DNA of 64,000 bases from Candidatus Omnitrophota bacterium (GTDB lineage Bacteria > Omnitrophota > Gorgyraeia > Gygaellales > Profunditerraquicolaceae), in assembly GCA_028716245.1 (NCBI GenBank), contig JAQUQW010000001.1, positions 232,793 to 296,792 of the forward strand, written 5' to 3'. Below are positions 22,496 to 31,484 of this stretch, in pieces. The translations under genes were made by a program, and so were the position numbers. A model generated the notes under the pieces. The model did no database searches, was not told the DNA's origin, and saw nothing but the letters and a program-made list of their open reading frames with translations. The number at the start of each line of letters is the position of its first letter. Position 1 is the first letter of the stretch.

Positions 22496-23375
22496 CGTCC
22501 TTTTAAAAACCGAGTTTAGGGATTTAAAACTTTTTCGCCGCGGTAAAGTCAGGGATGTTTATGATTTAGGGGATAAACTTTTAATTGTTTCTACTGACCG
22601 CATATCCTGTTTTGACGTAGTCCTGCCTTGCGGGATACCGGATAAGGGTAAGGTCTTAACCGGCATATCTGAATTTTGGTTTGATTTTATCAAAGATATA
22701 ATCCCGCACCACCTAATTACTACCGATATAGATAAATATCCTCTTAACTTGAAAAAATATAAATCGGATTTAGCCGGACGCTCGATGCTGGTTTTAAAAA
22801 CCAAGCCTTTGCCGGTTGAGTGCGTTGTGAGGGGGTATCTTTGCGGGTCAGCCTGGAAAGAATATCAAAAAAAACAATCAGTTTGCGGTATCAGCCTGCC
22901 TAAGGGTTTAAGGGAATCGGATAAGCTGCCGGAAGCCATATTTACCCCGTCGACTAAGGCGGATGTCGGGCATGATCAAAATGTTGATCAGGAATATGTT
23001 GAGGATTTAGTAGGAGCGGATATTGCCACGAACCTGAAGAAAATAAGTATCGCTGTTTACCGGCGGGCCGGCGATTATGCTTTGCAAAAAGGGATTATTA
23101 TTGCCGATACCAAGTTTGAGTTTGGCATATATAACGGCCGCTTGATTATTATCGATGAGGTGCTTACCCCGGATTCATCGCGTTTCTGGCCGCTGGATGA
23201 ATATCAGCCGGGCCACCCCCAGCCGAGTTTTGATAAACAATTTGTGCGGGATTACCTTGAGACTCTGGATTGGGATAAGGCCCCGCCTGCTCCGGCGCTA
23301 CCCGAAGAAATAATCGATAGAACAAGGGAAAAATACCTGGACGCTTACCGGAAATTAACCACAAAATCAATATAA
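22485..23375 (+). CDS. purC: Phosphoribosylaminoimidazole-succinocarboxamide synthase
   Basis: SAICAR synthetase N-terminus [22 protein letters not shown]. The ATG at 22485 overlaps the pckG end by 11 nt. The ORF-track start at 22410 is unlikely. Confidence 0.85.
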   Translation: MGSNVLLKTEFRDLKLFRRGKVRDVYDLGDKLLIVSTDRISCFDVVLPCGIPDKGKVLTGISEFWFDFIKDIIPHHLITTDIDKYPLNLKKYKSDLAGRSMLVLKTKPLPVECVVRGYLCGSAWKEYQKKQSVCGISLPKGLRESDKLPEAIFTPSTKADVGHDQNVDQEYVEDLVGADIATNLKKISIAVYRRAGDYALQKGIIIADTKFEFGIYNGRLIIIDEVLTPDSSRFWPLDEYQPGHPQPSFDKQFVRDYLETLDWDKAPPAPALPEEIIDRTREKYLDAYRKLTTKSI

Positions 23376-23382
23376 GCTAAAA

Positions 23383-24357
23383 ATGATGAAGTTTAAAAGC
23401 ACATTATCTCTCTTATTAAGAATTGGCGTAAGTATTGTACTTTTAGTCCTTTTGTTTAAGTTTAACAAAATCGATGTCTATGCTTTGCTCGGGGATATAA
23501 AAGGCGCGGATAAAATGTTTTTATTTATTGGCTTTGTGGTGTATTTCCTTATTTATCTTTTTGGTTTTTTCCGTTGGCGGATGCTGCTTAGGGCAGCGGG
23601 ATTTGATATTCCTTTAAAGAGGCTGGTGAGTGCATTTTCCGGAGGTGTTTTTTTTAGCATTTTTTTACCTTCGACTATCGGAGGAGACCTGGTTAGGGCG
23701 GTTGACCTTGCCGGGCATACCAATAAGGCAAAGGAAGTCATTGCCACGGTTTTTTTGGATAGATTCAGCGGCTATATCGGCTTGGTGTTTGTAATCATAC
23801 CTTCTTTATTGCTGGGCAGGAATTTGGTCTTAGATAAAGTTGTTTTTACTTCTGTTTCCGTTATTGTAATTTTGCTGGTAGCTATCCTGTTAATCCTATT
23901 TAATAATTCTATTTATTCCAGGATTAGCAGGTTTTTAACGGTGCCTAACGCGGGAAAAATAAGAGAGACAATCAAAGATATGCACCGGGAAATCCATATC
24001 TTTCGCAACCATAAAAAGATGATCCTCTTTAATTTAGCCCTTTCATTTCTAATCCAGGCTCTTTGCCCGGTCTGCGTTTATTTTATCGGGCTCTCTTTAG
24101 GGATAAAAATAAATTTTATTTATTTCCTCATCTTTTTACCGATTATCAGCGCGATTACCCTGCTTCCTATTGCCATAGGAGGGCTGGGCTTAAGGGAAGG
24201 CCTGTTTGTGGTTTATTTTGCCAAGGCCGGGGTGATAAAACAATTGGCCTTAGCTATGTCACTTTTATCGTTTTCTTTTGTCGTTTTTTACGGTGCTATC
24301 GGAGGACTCATCTATGTCCTTACAGTACATCATCGACGGATACAATCTCATAAATAA
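23383..24357 (+). CDS. Integral membrane protein, UPF0104 / lysylphosphatidylglycerol-synthase-TM-like (flippase-like) family
   Basis: About 8 TM helices. N-terminus RIGVSIVLLVLLFK...FRWRMLL...GGDLVRA is typical of this family. Confidence 0.6.
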   Translation: MMKFKSTLSLLLRIGVSIVLLVLLFKFNKIDVYALLGDIKGADKMFLFIGFVVYFLIYLFGFFRWRMLLRAAGFDIPLKRLVSAFSGGVFFSIFLPSTIGGDLVRAVDLAGHTNKAKEVIATVFLDRFSGYIGLVFVIIPSLLLGRNLVLDKVVFTSVSVIVILLVAILLILFNNSIYSRISRFLTVPNAGKIRETIKDMHREIHIFRNHKKMILFNLALSFLIQALCPVCVYFIGLSLGIKINFIYFLIFLPIISAITLLPIAIGGLGLREGLFVVYFAKAGVIKQLALAMSLLSFSFVVFYGAIGGLIYVLTVHHRRIQSHK

Positions 24358-24802
24358 CCCGCACTTTAGGCCCGCTGTAAAACTACCTGCGAATGTCTGT
24401 CATTGCCTGGCTGATTTTATCAAATTAAACAAGTTAACCGGCAGTAAAAATAATACCCTTACCCTTATTTTTGATGGTTATCCTCCGGCCGGTCAGGATA
24501 TTCCTCAAGAAGCCGGCCTGGTTTGTTTATTTTCGCGGATGATTGAGGCGGATGAATTGATCAAGCAGGTAGTTGAAAAGTCAGCTTGCCCCAGAAATAT
24601 TGTCGTAGTTTCGGATGACAAGGAAGTGCAATTAATGAGCAGGTTTTTACACGCTCGGTCCTGTGGTGTGGAGGAATTTATCTGTGGTAAGAAAAATAAG
24701 AAGCTGAATCCTGCCATAGGATCGGATGCAGCTGATTTCAAGTTGACTTATTCCGCAATGCAGAAAATAAACGCGGAGTTAAAGAAAAAATGGCTGGAAT
24801 AA
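24314..24802 (+). CDS. NYN/PIN-like RNase domain protein (YacP/Rae1-like)
   Basis: N-terminus MSLQYIIDGYNLIN...VVVSDD. RBS GGAGGA at 24301. It overlaps the 3' end of the upstream membrane-protein gene. Confidence 0.6.
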   Translation: MSLQYIIDGYNLINNPHFRPAVKLPANVCHCLADFIKLNKLTGSKNNTLTLIFDGYPPAGQDIPQEAGLVCLFSRMIEADELIKQVVEKSACPRNIVVVSDDKEVQLMSRFLHARSCGVEEFICGKKNKKLNPAIGSDAADFKLTYSAMQKINAELKKKWLE

Positions 24803-24869
24803 ATGAATTGACATAACCGGTTAATCATGATAGAGTTATATAAATAACAACACAAAAAAGGAGGGTAAT

Positions 24870-25547
24870 ATGAGCAGTTGGCAAGTAGTGCTACTAGAAC
24901 CTGCGCGTGTAGTTTTGGCTCAAATTAGCCAATTCATGGTCAACGCATTGCTGGTGATCATTATTTTGATCATTGGTTGGTTACTTTCCAAAGTTGTTAG
25001 GTCTATTATTAGCAAGGCTCTTAAATTAGTCAAACTCGATGATATTTCTGAACGTATTGAACTTAATAAGCTGCTGAGTAAAGGCGGGATAACTTATTCC
25101 TTATCCGATTTAATCGCTATAATTTGTTATTGGTTGGGCCTTTTGATAACCTTTATGGTTGCCATAAACGCTGTGGGGGTAACTATTGCCGCCGATTTAT
25201 TAAAACAAGTTATTCTTTATATCCCCAATGTTATTTCCGCGTTGTTCATCCTGATCTTAGGGATGTTCGTATCAACCTTATTGAAAAATATCGTGAAAAC
25301 CGCGGCAAGTAACGCCGGATTAAGCCATGGCAGGCTTTTAGCTCAAGTAGTGGAGACGGTGGTTATTGCTTTTGCAATTTTCGTGGCATTGGAGCAGTTG
25401 CAAATTGGTATCCGCATAACCGAATTGACCATTTCTATAATCCTAGGCGCTGTGGGATTAGGTTTAGCCCTGGCTTTTGGGTTAGGGTGCAAAGATATCG
25501 CCGGAAAGTTTGTGGCCGAGACTGTGGAAAGATTAAAAAAGAAGTAA
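24870..25547 (+). CDS. Membrane protein with repeated conserved TM-helix (MscS N-terminal 'TM_helix'-like) segments
   Basis: Repeated amphipathic TM segments. RBS AAAAGGAGGG. A TTGACA-17-TAGAGT promoter lies at 24808-24836. Confidence 0.5.
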   Translation: MSSWQVVLLEPARVVLAQISQFMVNALLVIIILIIGWLLSKVVRSIISKALKLVKLDDISERIELNKLLSKGGITYSLSDLIAIICYWLGLLITFMVAINAVGVTIAADLLKQVILYIPNVISALFILILGMFVSTLLKNIVKTAASNAGLSHGRLLAQVVETVVIAFAIFVALEQLQIGIRITELTISIILGAVGLGLALAFGLGCKDIAGKFVAETVERLKKK

Positions 25548-25572
25548 TGTATTTGGTTCTTACCTAAGAAAT

Positions 25573-25608
25573 AAACCCCGTGCCTGGCGGCGCGGGGTTT
25601 ATTTCTTT
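25573..25608 (+). terminator. Intrinsic terminator (AAACCCCG...CGGGGUUU plus U-tract)
   Basis: GC-rich hairpin followed by AUUUCUUU, immediately after the stop at 25547. Confidence 0.6.
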
Positions 25609-25618
25609 AAAGCAGAAT

Positions 25619-25960
25619 ATGATTAAGGTCAAGCGAATTTATGAGCAGCCAGCCAAAGACGATGGTTTTAGGGTCTTGGTTGATCGTCTCTGGCCAAGGG
25701 GTATGAGTAAAGAGAAGGCAAGAATTGATCTTTGGTTAAAAGACATTGCTCCCAGAGATAACTTGAGAAAATGGTTTGCGCATGATCCAGAAAAATGGGC
25801 CATATTTAAGCAGAAGTATTTTAATGAGCTTAGCAGTAAGAAGACCGTTATTGGTGAAATCATGAAAAGAGCTAAAAACGGCGTTACACTATTATATGCG
25901 GCTAAAGACGATCAGTATAATAATGCGCAAGCGTTAAAAGAATACATTGAAGAAAATTAA
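25619..25960 (+). CDS. DUF488 (YeaO-like) family protein
   Basis: [60 protein letters not shown] matches the DUF488 N-terminal consensus. Confidence 0.7.
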   Translation: MIKVKRIYEQPAKDDGFRVLVDRLWPRGMSKEKARIDLWLKDIAPRDNLRKWFAHDPEKWAIFKQKYFNELSSKKTVIGEIMKRAKNGVTLLYAAKDDQYNNAQALKEYIEEN

Positions 25961-27368
25961 ACTAGAAAAGAAACGTTTGCCTACTGATAATTCCGGCGTA
26001 TCGCGTATTCGTATTGTCATTGCCAGTATGGTCGGCACGACGATCGAGTTCTACGATTTTTACATCTATGCTACTGCTGCCGTTTCGGTATTCCCGCTTC
26101 TTTTCTTTCCGAAGACTGACGCGGGAGCGGCGCTTCTTGCGTCCATGGCGACTTTTGGTGTTGCTTTTGTGGCGCGGCCGATTGGCTCGGTGGTATTTGG
26201 GCATTTTGGGGATCGAATCGGCCGGAAAGCAACTCTTGTCGGGTCGCTTTTGACTATGGGGATCGCCACATTCCTTATCGGTCTGTTGCCTACAGTTATG
26301 TGCATCGGTTTGCTGGCTCCTGTGTTACTGACGATTTTACGTTTCTGCCAAGGGCTTGGGCTTGGCGGAGAATGGTCGGGTGCTGCGCTTTTGGCGGCTG
26401 AAAACGCAAAAGAGGGCAAAAGAGCCTGGGCTGCGATGTGGCCGCAATTAGGCGCGCCATTCGGTTTTATTCTGGCCAACGGTTTCTTTTTGCTGCTTAC
26501 CATGTTTTTTAACTACAATTCTATCGAGGCTTCTTTGCAAAGTGATTTCCTTGTTTGGGGTTGGCGGATTCCGTTTTTGGCTTCAGTGGTAATGGTGGCA
26601 GTGGGGTTGTATGTGCGATTTAAGCTTGATGAGACGCCGGTGTTTGCGCGGGCCTTGGCTCGCGGCGAAAAACTTAAAACACCCTTGGCCGTTGCGATGA
26701 AGCATCATCTTAAGAAACTTCTGCAAGGTGCTTTTATTATGCTTGCTACGTACGGTTTGTTTTATTTGATGACCACTTGGATACTCTCCTACGCCATCGG
26801 GTCAACAGAGCTGGGTTTTTTAGGCATTGGTTACCGCGGTTTTCTGGTGCTGCAGCTTCTTTCCGTGCTTTTATTCGCGGGGATGATTCCGGTTGCCGGT
26901 TGGCTGGCGGATAAGTACGGCCGCCGCGGCTTTCTTTTGTTGGTGACCGCTGCCATTATCCTGTTTGGTTTAACATTTAAATTTTTTCTTGATCCTGCGG
27001 TTATGGGAACAGGGAACGGGGCGAATATGGGGCTTATGCTGATTTTCTTGTGCATTGGCATGGCGCTAATGGGCCTGACTTTTGGCCCGATGTCAGCAGT
27101 CCTGCCAGAGCTGTTTCCCACGAATGTGCGCTATACCGGTTCGGGTATTTCCTATAATATTTCCTCTATTTTGGGCGCTGCTTTGACTCCGTTTGCGGCT
27201 GTCTGGCTTGCCCGGAATTATGGAGTTGGCGCTGTCGGAGTATATCTTTCGGCGCTTGGAATATTGACATTTATTGCTTTGTGGTTTTCCAAAGAAACCA
27301 AACACACTAGCCTTGATATGGCGGAGGAAAGAAAAGCTGCTGTTGGCATTGAAACAACCTCGCCGTAG
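25947..27368 (+). CDS. MFS transporter, metabolite:H+ symporter (MHS; ProP/KgtP/ShiA-like)
   Basis: 12 TM helices. [10 protein letters not shown] signature after TM2. 473 aa. The gene looks clearly more GC-rich than its neighbours. Confidence 0.8.
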   Translation: MKKIKLEKKRLPTDNSGVSRIRIVIASMVGTTIEFYDFYIYATAAVSVFPLLFFPKTDAGAALLASMATFGVAFVARPIGSVVFGHFGDRIGRKATLVGSLLTMGIATFLIGLLPTVMCIGLLAPVLLTILRFCQGLGLGGEWSGAALLAAENAKEGKRAWAAMWPQLGAPFGFILANGFFLLLTMFFNYNSIEASLQSDFLVWGWRIPFLASVVMVAVGLYVRFKLDETPVFARALARGEKLKTPLAVAMKHHLKKLLQGAFIMLATYGLFYLMTTWILSYAIGSTELGFLGIGYRGFLVLQLLSVLLFAGMIPVAGWLADKYGRRGFLLLVTAAIILFGLTFKFFLDPAVMGTGNGANMGLMLIFLCIGMALMGLTFGPMSAVLPELFPTNVRYTGSGISYNISSILGAALTPFAAVWLARNYGVGAVGVYLSALGILTFIALWFSKETKHTSLDMAEERKAAVGIETTSP

Positions 27369-27577
27369 TATTAAAAGTAGAGACGCGAAAATTTGTATAA
27401 CAATATGAGCAATAAAGAGATTACAAAAAACAAGGTTTTTGTCCGCACTTTTGGATGGCCGATGGGGGCAGTATTATACGACTATCGTACCGTATTTGAG
27501 CAGGATTTGGTGATAAGGAAACCATAAAAATAACCGAATGCAAGCGATTCTGGTGTATTGACTAGAACTGGTTAAAA

Positions 27578-28921
27578 ATGAGAAGAAGATTAAAAGAAGA
27601 AACTATTTTATTTATAAGTGTAATTAAATGGGTATTCCTGGCCACTCTTGCTGGTGTCGTAGTTGGTTTATCTACCACTGTATTTTTAAAACTCTTAAAT
27701 TGGAGCGCAAGGGCTTGCTCGCAATATCCTTATTATTTTCTTCTATTGCCTGTGGCAATGTTTCTCAGTGCTGTAATGGTGAAATATTTAGCACCTGATG
27801 CTGAAGGGCATGGAACGGAGAAAGTGATCGAGGCGGTTCATAAGCATGCGGGTAAAATAAAAGCAGCAGTTGTTCCGGTTAAGCTGTTGGCTACTATAAT
27901 TACAATAGCTTCGGGCGGTTCGGTTGGTAAAGAAGGACCGTGTGCTCAGATAGGCGCTGGCATCTCATCTATTTTTGCTGATATTTTTAGATTTGATGAC
28001 AATGAGCGCAGGAAACTCGTCATATGCGGTATAAGCGCAGGCTTTGCTTCAGTATTCGGAACTCCTATAGCTGGCGCAATATTCGGTGTAGAGGTTCTTT
28101 TTGTCGGCGCTATTTTATATGATGTTCTTCTGCCCTCATTTATCGCAGGCATCGTTAGTTATCATGTATCAGCATCGCTTAGTGTAACATATTTTCATCA
28201 TCCGGTACTTTTAGCTCCTGTCTTTAGCGAGTGGTTTTTCATTAAGGTCGTTATGGCCGGTATATTCTTCGGGCTTTGTTCGTTAATTCTCATTGAGACG
28301 TTAAAATTCGGAGATAGTCTATCTAAGAAGCTACAGATGTGGGCGCCACTAAAAGGGTTGATTGGCGGTGTTGCCTTAATAGCTCTTACATTCATATTTT
28401 CAAAGCGATATCTTGGGCTGGGGCTTGATACCATAGAACATTCTTTGAGCGGTGTTAAAACAGCCTGGTATGCTTTTCCTATGAAAAGTATTTTTACCGC
28501 CATTACACTCAGCTTTGGCGGGAGCGGAGGTATAGTTACACCTATTTTCTTCGTAGGATCTTCGGCTGGGACTCTATTTGCGTCGCTTGCAGGATTAGAT
28601 ATAGCCACTTTTGCAGCTATAGGCTTAGTGGGCGTTCTTGCCGGAGCAGCCAATACGCCAATCGCAGCAAGTATTATGGCTATGGAACTCTTCGGGACAG
28701 GCATAGCCCCTTATGCCACGGTAGCATGTATAGTAAGTTTCCTTATTACGGGTCATAGAAGTGTATACCCGTCACAAATCCTTTCCATGAAAAAATCTTC
28801 ATCTATTAATGTGGAAACTGGAAAAGCGATGGAAAACGTGCTTGCAGAAGCTAATCCACGTCAGAAAAGCCTTACCGGGACCATATTAAAAATGATTAGA
28901 ATATTTCGTAAAGTAAAATGA
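27578..28921 (+). CDS. CLC-family voltage-gated chloride channel / H+-coupled anion antiporter homolog
   Basis: GKEGP (Glu-gate) motif and GGIVTP (GxFxP-like) motif. The GSGIP position instead reads GHGTE. 447 aa, with no CBS domains. Confidence 0.8.
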   Translation: MRRRLKEETILFISVIKWVFLATLAGVVVGLSTTVFLKLLNWSARACSQYPYYFLLLPVAMFLSAVMVKYLAPDAEGHGTEKVIEAVHKHAGKIKAAVVPVKLLATIITIASGGSVGKEGPCAQIGAGISSIFADIFRFDDNERRKLVICGISAGFASVFGTPIAGAIFGVEVLFVGAILYDVLLPSFIAGIVSYHVSASLSVTYFHHPVLLAPVFSEWFFIKVVMAGIFFGLCSLILIETLKFGDSLSKKLQMWAPLKGLIGGVALIALTFIFSKRYLGLGLDTIEHSLSGVKTAWYAFPMKSIFTAITLSFGGSGGIVTPIFFVGSSAGTLFASLAGLDIATFAAIGLVGVLAGAANTPIAASIMAMELFGTGIAPYATVACIVSFLITGHRSVYPSQILSMKKSSSINVETGKAMENVLAEANPRQKSLTGTILKMIRIFRKVK

Positions 28922-29183
28922 GGCTATGAAAAAAGTTTTCATTCGCAATTTTGGCTGACCGATGGATACCTTATAGACGGATTATGGAGAGGGTAACGGA
29001 GGTTGCGTTGAGCTTGGTTTAGTGTGGCTGTTTTGAGGTAAATTTGAAGAGTGTGGGCGCAAAGAAAAAGGTCAGGAGAAGGCAGAAATAAGGCTTGACA
29101 GAAGCGGTTTTGTAAGGTATATTTCTATTGGATCACGATGAGAGGCAAGCCAAAGGGTTCCGTCCCGCGGTAATGCCTCTTCT

Positions 29184-29669
29184 TCATTTATACCGCAGTT
29201 TATCCTTCAAGCCATTCATAAAAAGCATATCTGGGGCAAATTCGCGCAGAAGAGAAGAGTATTTAAGCTGGTTAGGTATGATTAGCCGCTTTAATTTGCC
29301 TTGTTTCTTAAGATGCTTAATCAGACAGTAGCAATCCCCATCCCCGGTAACGATGACGGCCTTGTCGTAGTTAGGATATTCCAGCATAGCATGCAGCACT
29401 AATTCTGCATCCGTATTACCTTTTACTTTCCCATCTGGTAGACGTAAGGTAGGTTTGAAGATCAAGATATAACCTTTTTGTTGCAGAGAGGTATAAAGGC
29501 TTTGGTTAGTAGGAACAAAGCCTATGAAAATAAAAGCCTTCGTTATATCAAGCGTGTCTTTTAAATACTGCCTGAATCTTTTAAAATCCAATTCCCAGCC
29601 CTGGTCCCGGATAGCTAGGTTAAGATTCTGGCTGTCTATGAAAGCATAATTATTTTCGTTTTGGTTCAT
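29184..29669 (-). CDS. NYN-domain (LabA-like) nuclease-fold protein
   Basis: MNQNENNYAFIDSQNLNLAI...AVIVTGDGDCYCLI matches the NYN/LabA signature. It is the only convincing minus-strand gene in the window. Confidence 0.65.
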   Translation of the reverse strand: MNQNENNYAFIDSQNLNLAIRDQGWELDFKRFRQYLKDTLDITKAFIFIGFVPTNQSLYTSLQQKGYILIFKPTLRLPDGKVKGNTDAELVLHAMLEYPNYDKAVIVTGDGDCYCLIKHLKKQGKLKRLIIPNQLKYSSLLREFAPDMLFMNGLKDKLRYK

Positions 29670-30149
29670 GTGATTATTTTATACCTTTTCAATTATCTGT
29701 CAACCCAAATTAAAATCTTAGGAAATGAAACTATTTAAGAGCATTACTAATGTTATAAAGTGGATAAAAAATGATTGATTCCAGGTCTTTGGAAGAGGAT
29801 AATATAACCTTAGAATCACAACCTGAAGGGGGGTGGGAGTAATGAGCAAATTTATTGCTCATCATCTGAAACAGCCCCTGCCTTCTCGCGCGTAGGGCCC
29901 GGAAACTCTGGCTAATACTCTGGCTGGACTCCGGATAACTTGAAACGAAGGATTCCATTGGGTTGTGGTAATGAAGGGTTGGCTCTTGGCCCGGGAAACC
30001 GGAACCCAAAGGTGATGGTTCTGCTTTAGGGATCTGCAGAGATAAAAAGGCAAAGCAAGCCAGGCGGAGGATAACCTTAGCTGAGTATAGCGAAGGTCCA
30101 CCGCTTAACCCTTCCCATTATTTTATTAGATAAATTAAAGGAGGTTGCT

Positions 30150-30371
30150 GTGTCTGAATTAAAAATAGTTAAGATTGTTTTTGCGAATTCGCCTAACCTT
30201 TGGCATTTCGTAACGTTTAATTCCGGAGAGCATGAAACAGAAGTGGTTGGGGATCGGCACGACATAGATGTAGAGGTTATGATCCCGGGAACTGAAAAGC
30301 TTGAGAATGTAGAAAGTATAGCTCGGGATAAGGCTGAGCGTTTCATCAAAGAATTAGCCAAAACTCTCTAA
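30150..30371 (+). CDS. Hypothetical protein (73 aa)
   Basis: GTG start with RBS AAAGGAGG. No recognisable family. Confidence 0.4.
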   Translation: MSELKIVKIVFANSPNLWHFVTFNSGEHETEVVGDRHDIDVEVMIPGTEKLENVESIARDKAERFIKELAKTL

Positions 30372-30566
30372 ACTATTTAGCAGGAGATAATGCCATAGGT
30401 GGCTGATTTATTATGAGATACCCGAAGGCGAAAGAAAAGGTCTATCTAAATCCGAAGTCGGAATTTCCCAATCTCCGCTTAAAGTCAAGTACAAAGAGCA
30501 GGGGTATTTTGTATTCCCGCAAGAAAAAGTAAGCTGCTTTCTCTAATAATTCTCTAATAATTCTAC

Positions 30567-30595
30567 TTGACAAGTAGCAAGTGATGTGTTAAACT
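30567..30595 (+). promoter_or_regulatory. Sigma-70-like promoter, TTGACA-17-TAAACT. It would give a near-leaderless transcript of the excisionase-like gene.
   Basis: Consensus -35 with a 17-nt spacer. The -10 ends 9 nt before the ATG at 30605 and there is no SD. Confidence 0.5.
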
Positions 30596-30604
30596 AATAC
30601 CAAG

Positions 30605-30781
30605 ATGGAAAATAAAACTAAATTGTATACATCAGAAGAAGCGGCCAAGAGGCTTGGCATTACTCGGCAGGGATTAGCTTATCTTGTAAAAGAAGGAAAG
30701 ATTAAGCCAGTAGAGCATATTGAGAGTAAGTATAAATTTTTCTCGGAAGAAGAAATATATAAATATTTGGCAGAGAAGTAG
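30605..30781 (+). CDS. Excisionase/MerR-superfamily HTH DNA-binding protein (58 aa)
   Basis: MENKTKLYTSEEAAKRLGITRQGLAYLVKEGKIKP... is the HTH_17/Xis-like pattern. Not in the ORF track (<60 aa). Confidence 0.55.
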   Translation: MENKTKLYTSEEAAKRLGITRQGLAYLVKEGKIKPVEHIESKYKFFSEEEIYKYLAEK

Positions 30782-30829
30782 ATTTTTTTACCCCGAAACT
30801 TTACAAGGCGCAAGTAAAAGGAGGTGGTT

Positions 30830-31012
30830 ATGGTAAGAGAAATCGTAGATCTTGAAACTATAGCGTAGCGCCTAAAATACAGTGTTAAGTATTTGCAAAA
30901 CGACTGGCCCAAACTTCTGCCTGGGGTACGGCCGCTTAAGCTTAAGGCAAATTGCAGAAGAATATTATTCTTTTGGGACGATATCGAGAAATTGCTTTTA
31001 AAGGAAAAATAA
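30830..31012 (+). pseudogene. Second excisionase-like HTH ORF interrupted by an in-frame TAG after codon 12
   Basis: RBS GGAGGTGG. MVREIVDLETIA*RLKYSVKYLQNDWPKLLPGVRPLKLKANCRRILFFWDDIEKLL parallels the intact paralog upstream. Confidence 0.45.
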
Positions 31013-31024
31013 GAGGAGGTGATT

Positions 31025-31228
31025 ATGGCAATGAAAAGATTGGCAGATCGAACATCGGAGGACTGGAAGGAAGCGGAAAAAATAGCTAAATTGTGGCAGT
31101 TAGAAGTGGAGAATCCTCAGCTTTTTGAAGCTCTACAGGATCCGTTTGCTCGTTTCGTTGGATTAACAGTTTATAGAGTAAGAAAAATTTTAAGGTTAGT
31201 GACATTCGGGCGTTGCTGCAAAATATAA
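31025..31228 (+). CDS. Hypothetical protein (67 aa)
   Basis: RBS AGGAGG lies 5 nt before the ATG. No recognisable family. Confidence 0.4.
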   Translation: MAMKRLADRTSEDWKEAEKIAKLWQLEVENPQLFEALQDPFARFVGLTVYRVRKILRLVTFGRCCKI

Positions 31229-31250
31229 ACATAATCAAAAGGAGGAAGTT

Positions 31251-31457
31251 ATGGCTAAAAAACAGATAAGTAATTTAGACATCGATCCAGCTTTAAACGA
31301 AATAGAACGCGTGAATAAAAGCATATTCTTTATTGCCGGCGCATTACCTGAGTATCCGCATGACGGCGGTATGGAAGAGTTAAGCATGATACTGGAATGT
31401 CTTTCGGATAGAGCCCAAAAAGCTATCGAAGAGATCAAAGTAACAGCGGGGCTCTAA
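31251..31457 (+). CDS. Hypothetical protein (68 aa)
   Basis: RBS AAAGGAGGAAG. No recognisable family. Confidence 0.4.
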   Translation: MAKKQISNLDIDPALNEIERVNKSIFFIAGALPEYPHDGGMEELSMILECLSDRAQKAIEEIKVTAGL

Positions 31458-31484
31458 TTAGACGGAAGCATAAGGTTGAGTAAG

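Noticed and set aside
27437-27520. Fluoride (crcB) riboswitch upstream of the CLC gene.
   Set aside because: The conserved GGCGAUGG...CUGAUGAUUCCUAC pattern is not recognisable, and the CLC retains the Cl--type GKEGP gate. It is reported only as an unexplained repeated motif.
29860-30125. Possible tRNA, tmRNA or RNase P RNA in the noncoding tract at the left element border. Integration next to an RNA gene would be typical.
   Set aside because: No T-loop (GTTCRANYC), no tmRNA 5'/3' acceptor pairing ending in CCA context, and no RNase P GGAAAGUCCGG core was found on either strand. It is kept only as an unexplained noncoding region.
30866-30868. In-frame TAG in the second Xis-like ORF as evidence of stop-codon reassignment (amber recoding).
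   Set aside because: TAG terminates a clearly complete host gene in the same window (trxB at 20696-20698), directly followed by the pckG start. Standard code applies.
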